DNA of 26,133 nt from an uncultured Dehalococcoidales bacterium (lineage in GTDB: Bacteria; Chloroflexota; Dehalococcoidia; Dehalococcoidales; UBA2162): contig CAZOGR010000001.1 in the NCBI GenBank assembly GCA_964579355.1, positions 1 through 26,133 of the forward strand, written 5' to 3'. Of the stretch, positions 7,285 through 14,898 are shown piece after piece. The notes below the pieces were generated by a model. That model saw only the letters and a list, made by a program, of their open reading frames with translations. It had not been told where the DNA came from and did no database searches. The first letter of the stretch is position 1; each line of letters starts with the position of its first letter. A program made the translations under genes and the position numbers.

Positions 7285-8280
7285 CTATTTTTTCGCTTTT
7301 TTAAGTTCGGTGACGAGAGCCGGAATAATTTCTTTGAGATCTCCGACCACCGCGTAATCGGCTGCTTTCATGATATCAGCTGCCGGATTGTTGTTGATAG
7401 CGACGATAACCTTCGAATCCTGAATGCCAATGAGATGGTGAATGACACCCGAAATACCGGCGCCGATGTACAGGTTCGAGTGAATCGTTCGGCCGCTCTG
7501 GCCAATCATCTGCCGTTCCTGGACTGCCCAGCCTTCATCGCAGGCTGGACGGGTTGCGCCGATGCTCGCGCCGAGTACCTCTGCCAGGTCTTCAATCAGC
7601 TTCCAGTTTTCCTTATTTCCAACACCGAAACCGCCGGCGACGATTATCTCGGCTTCTTCGATAGGTTTCGCTTCCAGTTCTTCGGTGACGATGTTGAGGA
7701 CTTTAGTCCTGACTTTGTCTTCAGTGATGGTTACCGGAACTTTTTCTACAACCGCTTGTTTATTCGTCTTCTCGTTTTTCTTAATGAACCCGGGCGGAAC
7801 CGTGGTCATCTGCGGCCGATGGTTCGGACAGGCGATTGATGCCAGGATACTACCGCCAAAGGCAGGTATCTGAGATCTCAGACATCCGTTCTCATCAACA
7901 TCGACGCCGACAGCATGAGCAGAAAGCCCGGTGTCAACCTTAGCGGCGACGGTCGGTGCGAGGTCCATGCCGAGCGTGGTGCCGCCGATGAGGAGGATTT
8001 CCGGCTTTTTGGTGTTTATCAAATCGGCCATTACCGTTGCATAGGCGTCGGTTCGGAAAACTTCGAGAACCGGTGATTCGGCCAGGAGAACCTTGTCGGC
8101 TCCGTAGGCTGCCAGTTCGTCAGCCAGCCCGAAAACATTGTTGCCGATTAACACTGCCGAGAGTTCACAGCCAAGCTTGTCCGCAACCTTACGTCCTGCT
8201 CCGAGCATCTCCAGGCTGACATCGAGCAACTTGCCGTTCCTCTGCTCGGCAAAAGTCCAAACTCCTTTATATGCTTCCAT
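7285..8280 (-). CDS. etfA: Electron transfer flavoprotein alpha subunit (FixB-like)
   Basis: VW.FAEQR N-terminus, PAFGG, 'IIVAGG.G', 'ATRP..D.GW', 'IGQSG' and 'GISG..HH..G' motifs. Confidence 0.95.
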   Translation of the reverse strand: MEAYKGVWTFAEQRNGKLLDVSLEMLGAGRKVADKLGCELSAVLIGNNVFGLADELAAYGADKVLLAESPVLEVFRTDAYATVMADLINTKKPEILLIGGTTLGMDLAPTVAAKVDTGLSAHAVGVDVDENGCLRSQIPAFGGSILASIACPNHRPQMTTVPPGFIKKNEKTNKQAVVEKVPVTITEDKVRTKVLNIVTEELEAKPIEEAEIIVAGGFGVGNKENWKLIEDLAEVLGASIGATRPACDEGWAVQERQMIGQSGRTIHSNLYIGAGISGVIHHLIGIQDSKVIVAINNNPAADIMKAADYAVVGDLKEIIPALVTELKKAKK

Positions 8281-8308
8281 TATGTAATCTCCTTATTTAG
8301 GTTAATAT

Positions 8309-9118
8309 CTATTCAGGGAGTACGCCTTCGGCGCGCAGTTTTTCGATAAGCTGCCGTGCAACCTCTACTGAATCACCTTTCAGTACTTCGCCCTTGCGCT
8401 TCACTTCCACGCCAATAGTATCCGGTATATAGGTAGGAGACCCGTCCTTACCGATAAGTTTTTTGTCGACATCGACTTCGTCCGCCCTCCAGATAGTCGT
8501 CTGTTTCTCAGTAGCCCAGAGGGCACCGAAAACAGGCGGAACCCGGACGTCATTGATATTTTTCAAAACCGCCAGGGTAACCGGTGTTTTCACCTCGATT
8601 TCCATGTAACCGGTTTCAATCTTTCTCTGAACTATCAGGGTATTGTCACCTGTCAAATCAATCTTCTGAACATAGGTGACATGAGCGATATCGAGAGCTT
8701 CGGCAACCTGCGGGCCGACCTGCCCGGTACTGCCGTCGACACTCTCATTACCAAGGAGGATGATGTCGTAGGCACCTATTTTCCGAATACCGGCAGCCAG
8801 CGCCCGGGCAGTAGCCCAGGTGTCGGCTCCGCCGAAAGCCCGGTCGCTTAACAGGACGGTTTTATCAACGCCGTAAGCGTAGGCCCAGGCAAGCACTTCG
8901 GTCGTATTGTCCGGCCCCATGCTGATGACCGTAACCGTTCCGCCGGTAGCTTCCTTTATCCTGAGAGCTTCCTCGATAGCATTCAAGTCGAGAGGGTTGA
9001 TGACGACCGGTATGCCCTGCCGTCTGAGTGTTTTCGTTTTGGGATCAAGAGAAAGCCTGTCCCAGTACCGTTCGTCAGGAACAGGTTTGATACAGACTAT
9101 CATATCTAATGGCTTCAT
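8309..9118 (-). CDS. etfB: Electron transfer flavoprotein beta subunit (FixA-like)
   Basis: 'IVCIKPVPD', 'INP.D..AIEEAL', 'DRAFGGADTWAT' and 'G..S.DG.TGQVGP' motifs. Confidence 0.95.
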   Translation of the reverse strand: MKPLDMIVCIKPVPDERYWDRLSLDPKTKTLRRQGIPVVINPLDLNAIEEALRIKEATGGTVTVISMGPDNTTEVLAWAYAYGVDKTVLLSDRAFGGADTWATARALAAGIRKIGAYDIILLGNESVDGSTGQVGPQVAEALDIAHVTYVQKIDLTGDNTLIVQRKIETGYMEIEVKTPVTLAVLKNINDVRVPPVFGALWATEKQTTIWRADEVDVDKKLIGKDGSPTYIPDTIGVEVKRKGEVLKGDSVEVARQLIEKLRAEGVLPE

Positions 9119-9154
9119 TTTTTCTCCTCGCCTGTTTTTTTCAGTTAAAATCCG

Positions 9155-10381
9155 CTACCAGTCCAGCTTTCCCCACCATCCTGCCGTTTCCATATTGGTA
9201 CTGCTCAGGTCCGGGTTAGCTTCGTTGCGGATGACGGCATTGGCTATCATGATATTCAGAGATTCTTCAGTACCACCTGCGCCGAATCTCAACGGAGTGT
9301 GCTTGTAGTAGTGATGAGCCATGTAGTCCTCGACGACTCCGTAACCGCCGTGAATCTTGACACAGTGCTCGGCACACCTGATAGCTGCCTTTTCTGCAAA
9401 GTTTTTGGCAGTCGCCTGCTCGGCATCAGCGCGGATATTCTTCGTCCGCAGCCAGGCAGCGCGGTAGGTAAGCGCCCGAGAAGCTTCAAGGTCTATTGCC
9501 ATATTGGCAAGGCGCGCTTGAATCATCTGGAGTTCAGAAATCGGCCTGCCGTAAAGTTTTCTTTCTTTGGCATATTTCATCGCTGTCCTGTAACAGCCTA
9601 GCGAAATGCCGGTCAACATGCTGCAGATAGTCTGGCGGCCGATATCACCGACAGCCGCGAAAACAGGGCCAAGGCCGCGTCCGATGCCTGCTTCCTCACC
9701 GACGACAAAGTTATCAGGAACGAATACATTATCGAACACGAATTCGGTAAGGTCTCCCTTTCTGCCCAGGGTGTTTTCAAGTCTACCGATTTTAAACCCG
9801 TCGAATTCTCTGTCAATGATAAAAGCGGTGAGAGACCGCGCGCCGGGAGTCTTCGGGTCGTTGGGGTCGCCGGTTTTCACCAGCGCCATGATGAAATCGG
9901 CATAATGGCCTTCGCTCTGGAAACATTTTCTTCCGTTGATAACCCATCCGCCGTCAACCTTTTTAGCATTGGTCTGAATAGCCAGAACGTCGGAACCACC
10001 GGTAGGCTCGGTAACAGCCGGGGTTGCCAGTATGTCGCCCTTGATGATTCCAGGCATATATTTTTTATAGACCGCTCCGCCACAAGCCTTGGCGAAATAG
10101 TAAGCAAATTCGCCATAAATAGCGAAGGCCAGGTCAGGCCAGGCCGCACACAGTTCTTCGATGGTAATACAACTGGCTACGTACCCGATTCCGGTGCCGC
10201 CCTCTTCTTTGGGAACGATGTGAAGATGAAGGCCAGCTCTCGTCTGGCGCCTGGCTTCCTCATCCCACATCTCCTGATCGTCGATAATCAGTTCTTTCCG
10301 ACGCGGAATAATGTATTTTTCGCAGTATTCACGAGCTATTTTTCGTGACATTTCTTCTGCCGGCGATAACTCAAAAGGCAT
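9155..10381 (-). CDS. Acyl-CoA dehydrogenase-family flavoprotein lacking the canonical catalytic glutamate
   Basis: TEP.GGSD, NGRKCF, FD.VFVP, 'KER..YGRPI' and 'HGGYG' motifs; RBS AAGGAGG; immediately upstream of etfB-etfA. Confidence 0.93.
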   Translation of the reverse strand: MPFELSPAEEMSRKIAREYCEKYIIPRRKELIIDDQEMWDEEARRQTRAGLHLHIVPKEEGGTGIGYVASCITIEELCAAWPDLAFAIYGEFAYYFAKACGGAVYKKYMPGIIKGDILATPAVTEPTGGSDVLAIQTNAKKVDGGWVINGRKCFQSEGHYADFIMALVKTGDPNDPKTPGARSLTAFIIDREFDGFKIGRLENTLGRKGDLTEFVFDNVFVPDNFVVGEEAGIGRGLGPVFAAVGDIGRQTICSMLTGISLGCYRTAMKYAKERKLYGRPISELQMIQARLANMAIDLEASRALTYRAAWLRTKNIRADAEQATAKNFAEKAAIRCAEHCVKIHGGYGVVEDYMAHHYYKHTPLRFGAGGTEESLNIMIANAVIRNEANPDLSSTNMETAGWWGKLDW

Positions 10382-10496
10382 AATGTAACCTCCTTAACGA
10401 TGTACCTTTTTACTAAAAACCATCCCCCAGCAAGAAATACTTCGTGGGGTTTTTGACATAAAAAAACCAAGAAACTGAAGTAGCTTCCAGAAGCTT

Positions 10497-10525
10497 ATTC
10501 TGACACAACGCCTGCTGTCTGTCAA
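10497..10525 (-). promoter_or_regulatory. Candidate sigma70 promoter for the ACAD-etfB-etfA operon (TTGACA-17-CAGAAT)
   Basis: Perfect -35 at 10525-10520; imperfect -10 at 10502-10497. Confidence 0.45.
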
Positions 10526-10547
10526 CTGCAAATATAGGTAGTTTCAT

Positions 10548-10567
10548 TGATTAACGGCCGATAATCA
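10548..10567. promoter_or_regulatory. Candidate transcription-factor operator, copy 2 (TGATTAACGGCCGATAATCA)
   Basis: 20-bp palindrome with 9 of 10 pairs complementary, in the divergent promoter region. Confidence 0.6.
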
Positions 10568-10662
10568 GAGTATATAATATCATTAGCGTTTTCGTATTTT
10601 TTAAGGGTAAATTGTCATTAACAAAATATTGGATTTTTTTCTTTTTATCCGATTCCCGGTGT

Positions 10663-10691
10663 TTGACATCGCTTGACAGTCGCAATATACT
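10663..10691 (+). promoter_or_regulatory. sigma70 promoter for the amidohydrolase operon (TTGACA-17-TATACT)
   Basis: Near-consensus hexamers with exact 17-nt spacing. Confidence 0.7.
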
Positions 10692-10783
10692 GAGTAGTGA
10701 CACTCCCGGATTTCAATCATCATGATAACAAGAAATCCGTTTTTGCTGTGTAATTTTTATTTTTGAGAAAGAAGGAGGATACT

Positions 10784-11710
10784 ATGATTATTGATGCCCA
10801 CATGCACCTTAGCGGAAGCGGCTGGGTAAGAGGTAAGTACCTGCGTTTCGTGTGGCAGATGTACGTTACCGAGTATAACCGGGTGCACAAAACAAACAAA
10901 ACCATCGATGACTTCAGAAATATGTTGACAGCTATGAAGCCGTCAGTGGTTGATCCTGAAGGCGATGGTGTCATCGAGTTGATGGACAAAGCCGGGGTTG
11001 ACAAGGCTGTTATCTTCCCTGTCGACTGGGAATCCGTAACCGGGGCTCCGAACGTTCCTGTCATGGAACAAAACAAAGCCCATGCCGACGCGGCAAAGAA
11101 GCACACGGGCCGCTTCGTACCGATATGTGCTCTTAACCCCACCCGTGGCGACGCCATGGACCGCGCTAAACAGGCTGTTGAAGAATGGGGGATGAAGGGG
11201 TTCTACTTCATGCCGGCTTCGGGATTCCGCCCGGATGACCCGGTTTGTTTCCCCATCTACGAAAAAGCTGTCGAATGGAAAGTGCCGGTTATTATCCACT
11301 CCGGCAAGGAGATAGCTCATTGGGACTATTGCCACCCGTTCAGAATCGCCAATGTCGGCCTAATGTATCCTGAACTGAAGGTGGTTATCGGGCACGCAGG
11401 GACAAGAATATACCGGAGAGAAGCCATAGAAGCCTGTATCGTACCGAATGTTTATATGGACTTCTCAGAGTACCAGGGTTTCTGGCACCTTCAGCCCGAA
11501 AAATTCTACAACTGGTTGCGGGATGCTATCGATGCTTGCGGTCCTCAGAAGGTAATGTTCGGCAGCGGTTTCCCCAATCCGAACGTGTTGACCCCCGAAG
11601 CCGAATGGGTCAAGGCAATTACGGAACCGAAGACGAATGTCAAGTTCACTGCCGAGGAGATAGATTTCGTCATGGGCAAGACTGCCGAGTCAGTCTTCGA
11701 TTTTTCTTAA
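10784..11710 (+). CDS. Amidohydrolase_2 family metalloprotein (decarboxylase/hydratase-like subgroup)
   Basis: DAHMH (HxH), IIHSG, IGHAG and 'KVMFGS.FP' motifs. Start set at ATG 10784 behind AAGGAGG. Confidence 0.88.
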   Translation: MIIDAHMHLSGSGWVRGKYLRFVWQMYVTEYNRVHKTNKTIDDFRNMLTAMKPSVVDPEGDGVIELMDKAGVDKAVIFPVDWESVTGAPNVPVMEQNKAHADAAKKHTGRFVPICALNPTRGDAMDRAKQAVEEWGMKGFYFMPASGFRPDDPVCFPIYEKAVEWKVPVIIHSGKEIAHWDYCHPFRIANVGLMYPELKVVIGHAGTRIYRREAIEACIVPNVYMDFSEYQGFWHLQPEKFYNWLRDAIDACGPQKVMFGSGFPNPNVLTPEAEWVKAITEPKTNVKFTAEEIDFVMGKTAESVFDFS

Positions 11711-11745
11711 ACCTTAATTAGTAAAACAAATAATCGGAGGAAAAT

Positions 11746-12402
11746 ATGGCTGATATTCTGGATATCATCTCCAGCCGGCAGAGTATCCGTAAATATACGG
11801 ATGAACCCGTCCCGGACGAGATGGTTGATAAAATCCTTGAAGCCGCGCGGTGGGCACCGAGCGGAGAAAACGAACAACCCTGGCACTTCGTTGTTGTCAA
11901 AGACCCCGAAACCCGCAAGAAAATCGGTGAATACTGCAAGGTAGGCACCGGCCAGAGAGGTACCGCCGAACACTGTCTTCATGAAGACCACCGTTTCGAT
12001 GTTTATACCGACCCGGTCGAAAAAGCCCGTCTGCAGGAATTCTACTACAGTGGTTCCGTATCGTTCTTCCCGGCCAATGCCCCCGTCGTCATCATCGCCG
12101 CGGGCAAAGTCACTGGAATGATGGATACCCCGTACGACCTTTCGGCAGCAATTCAGAATGCCATTCTCGAAGCTCACTCTCTCGGGCTGGGAGCCTGCTG
12201 GGTCCACGGACCCGCGGTCTACCCCCGAATCGTCAAGAAACTGAAAGAGCTTCTCGGTATTCCCACCGGTATGGCTGACTATAAAGTCCTCGCCATCATC
12301 TCGGTCGGCTGGCCGGCAGGAAAACGAAGTCACCCCCAGGGAAGGAAAGAAAGGTCGACCTTCGTGCACTTCGAAAAATTCGGGAACATGAAGAGGGGCT
12401 AA
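11746..12402 (+). CDS. Nitroreductase-family FMN flavoprotein
   Basis: R.SIRKY, 'APSGEN.QPW.F', 'D...AIQN..L.A.SLGLG.CW' motifs. Confidence 0.92.
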   Translation: MADILDIISSRQSIRKYTDEPVPDEMVDKILEAARWAPSGENEQPWHFVVVKDPETRKKIGEYCKVGTGQRGTAEHCLHEDHRFDVYTDPVEKARLQEFYYSGSVSFFPANAPVVIIAAGKVTGMMDTPYDLSAAIQNAILEAHSLGLGACWVHGPAVYPRIVKKLKELLGIPTGMADYKVLAIISVGWPAGKRSHPQGRKERSTFVHFEKFGNMKRG

Positions 12403-12888
12403 ATGGATCAGATAGCATATACAAACGACCTGCTCACCAGGTTCGAAGAAATTTTTTACCATGAACTGTCGCAGATTAACGCTCGCTGCAAGGTCGAGTT
12501 AATCGGCTCCGATTTCCTCAATGATAAAAACATCAAAGGGAATACGGTCGAGGAACTGGTCCAGAACTGTATCGATGAAATCAAGGCTGACGGCTTCGTC
12601 AAGGACATGACCGGTAAAGTTACCGGACGCGGCATTCTCCTGAAACTCAACATGAAAGGCTGCATCCACCTGCCGAAAGAAGCGAAACTCCAGGCACAGG
12701 GAATCGAGCCCTACCTCTGCCCTCTGGCAAACATGATTTCCGAGCAGATAATCAGCAAACTGAACTACATGACCACCTATTCAGCCGGCATGACTGTCGA
12801 TACACAGAAAGGCGAATGCGTCATATACTGCGCCATTTACAAGGATATGGACTCTATCGGCAAGGTATCGGACTGGACAAAGGAATAG
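12403..12888 (+). CDS. Hypothetical protein, possibly a V4R-like Cys-coordinated ligand-binding fold
   Basis: ATG abuts the nitroreductase TAA, with RBS AGAGGGG. 'GCIH...CPLAN...EC' Cys spacing resembles V4R-type domains; the fold call is inference. Confidence 0.6.
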   Translation: MDQIAYTNDLLTRFEEIFYHELSQINARCKVELIGSDFLNDKNIKGNTVEELVQNCIDEIKADGFVKDMTGKVTGRGILLKLNMKGCIHLPKEAKLQAQGIEPYLCPLANMISEQIISKLNYMTTYSAGMTVDTQKGECVIYCAIYKDMDSIGKVSDWTKE

Positions 12889-12912
12889 AATCTCTCGATT
12901 CCGCCTCCGGTA

Positions 12913-12941
12913 TTGACAGATACGGAATGAGGGTATATAGT
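12913..12941 (+). promoter_or_regulatory. sigma70 promoter of the Trp T-box/trpB2 unit (TTGACA-17-TATAGT)
   Basis: Near-consensus hexamers about 30 nt upstream of the T-box stem I. Confidence 0.8.
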
Positions 12942-12973
12942 AAGTCATTACCTTGTTTAACAAAAAGAAATAG

Positions 12974-13280
12974 AAGGCTGTGAACAGGACTAGTAGCCTG
13001 CGAAGCGGGACTCAGAGAGTCGGGAAAGCGATATGGTAATTCCGTATCCGGGTGGAAACCGATGTCAGCGCCGAAGGTGAATGGACCCGGGAGCCGCAAA
13101 TCGAAAATTCCGGATTAACCGGATAGAGTAGGCTTTGCCGCAGGGGGAGCGTTATCAAACCCCGGGGTATCGAGCTTTCAGGCTCCGTACCTGACCGAGA
13201 TGGTTGCTGCCTGATGTATGCAACCAAGAAGGGTGGCACCGCGGATAAACCCCCGCCCCTTTAAGGGACGGGGGTTTTTG
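12974..13280 (+). ncRNA. T-box riboswitch, tryptophan-specific, transcription-attenuating
   Basis: 5' AAGGCTGTGAACAGGACTAGTA; AG-box CAGAGAG; GGTGGAA loop; specifier GAA-TGG at 13082-13084; T-box AAGAAGGGTGGCACCGCGG at 13226-13244; terminator hairpin plus T run at 13247-13279. Confidence 0.93.
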
Positions 13281-13326
13281 TATTTATCAAACAACACGGA
13301 GAAAAGAAAACGATAAGGAGAACTAT

Positions 13327-14691
13327 ATGAACACCAGAATGTTTTTTCTTCAACAGAAAGACATGCCGAAGCAGTGGTATAACATACAGGCGGACTTACC
13401 CGTCCCACTGCCTCCCTACTATCACCCGGCAACGAAAAAACCGATTGGGCCGGCTGACCTCGCGCCCCTCTTTGCCATGGAGTTGATAAAACAGGAAGTC
13501 AGCCAGGAGCGCTACATCGATATCCCCGAAGAAGTTCAGGATATCTACAGAACCTGGAGACCAACCGCTCTTCACCGCGCTTACAGCCTGGAGAAAGCCC
13601 TCGATACTCCCGCCAAGATTTTCTACAAGTACGAAGGCACCAGCCAGGGCGGCAGCCATAAACCGAACACGGCCATTGCTCAAGCCTACTACAATAAAAA
13701 AGAAGGCATCAATCGACTCACCACCGAAACCGGGGCCGGACAGTGGGGCAGTTCACTTTCTTTTGCCTGTAAACTCTTCAATATCGAACTGAAAGTGTAC
13801 ATGGTAAAAGTCAGCTACAACCAGAAACCCTACCGCCGCCTGATGATGGAAACCTGGGGTGCCACCTGTGTTCCCAGCCCCAGTCCCGATACAAAAATCG
13901 GCCGCGATATGCTGGCTAAAGACCCGGACTGTCCCGGCAGCCTCGGCCTGGCTATCAGTGAAGCCGTCGAAGACGCTGTTTCGAGAGACGATACCCATTA
14001 CTCGCTCGGCAGCGTCCTCAACCATGTCCTGATGCACCAGACCATCATCGGACAGGAAGCGATGCTCCAGATGGAGATGGCCGGGTATTACCCCGATATT
14101 GTCATCGGCTGCGTCGGCGGCGGCTCCAACTTCGCGGGCATGTTCCTGCCCTTCGTTAAAGACAAAATCAGCGGCAAAAAACCCGGACTGCGTATCATCA
14201 ACGTCGAACCGGAGAGCTGCCCTACCCTCACCAAAGGTCTTTATGCCTATGATTACGGCGATGAAGCCGGCATGGCTCCCATTGCCAAGATGTTCACCCT
14301 CGGCCATTCCTTCATGCCGCCTCCGGTTCACGCCGGCGGCCTCCGTTACCATGGCATGGCACCGATTATCTGCCATCTCCACAAGCTTGGATTCGTCGAA
14401 GCGGTTGCCGTACCCCAGATAGCCACTTTCGAAGCAGGGGTTCAGTTCGCCCGTACCGAAGGTATTATCAGCGCTCCGGAAACCAACCACGCTATCAGAG
14501 CTACCATTAACGAAGCCCTGAAATGCAAAGAGACCGGTGAGTCTAAGGTTATCCTGATGTGTCACAGTGGACACGGACATTTCGACCTGACTTCCTACGA
14601 ACAGTATCTCGGCGGAAAACTGGTCGATTATGCGTACCCCGAAGAGAAAGTCAGGGAAGCTCTGGCAACCCTGCCCCAGATAGAAGAATAA
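13327..14691 (+). CDS. trpB2: Tryptophan synthase beta chain, stand-alone TrpB2 type
   Basis: GSHKPNTA (PLP Lys), [17 protein letters not shown] and HAGGLRYHG motifs; long N-terminus '[12 protein letters not shown]' typical of TrpB2; no trpA adjacent. Confidence 0.95.
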   Translation: MNTRMFFLQQKDMPKQWYNIQADLPVPLPPYYHPATKKPIGPADLAPLFAMELIKQEVSQERYIDIPEEVQDIYRTWRPTALHRAYSLEKALDTPAKIFYKYEGTSQGGSHKPNTAIAQAYYNKKEGINRLTTETGAGQWGSSLSFACKLFNIELKVYMVKVSYNQKPYRRLMMETWGATCVPSPSPDTKIGRDMLAKDPDCPGSLGLAISEAVEDAVSRDDTHYSLGSVLNHVLMHQTIIGQEAMLQMEMAGYYPDIVIGCVGGGSNFAGMFLPFVKDKISGKKPGLRIINVEPESCPTLTKGLYAYDYGDEAGMAPIAKMFTLGHSFMPPPVHAGGLRYHGMAPIICHLHKLGFVEAVAVPQIATFEAGVQFARTEGIISAPETNHAIRATINEALKCKETGESKVILMCHSGHGHFDLTSYEQYLGGKLVDYAYPEEKVREALATLPQIEE

Positions 14692-14709
14692 AGTATACTG
14701 ACAGGCTCG

Positions 14710-14750
14710 AAAAAGGGACGGTGATGTAATGTGCCGTCCCCTTTTTTTTT
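14710..14750 (+). terminator. Intrinsic terminator after trpB2
   Basis: AAAAAGGGACGG ... CCGTCCC followed by T10. Confidence 0.88.
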
Positions 14751-14898
14751 TGGCATTCCGACGGGTTTTCTACGAAAATCCAATTCTTATATAATAGTGG
14801 TAGAAAGACCGGTATGCTCCAGCCCCGGCAAACGCCCGTGAGTTAAACTTAATATTTTCTTAACAGTTAATTGATACATTGGTACTGGAGGCAGGGAT

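Noticed and set aside
11746-12402. Calling the nitroreductase BluB
   Set aside because: No BluB-specific signature is recognisable, and BluB needs oxygen whereas the context looks anaerobic.
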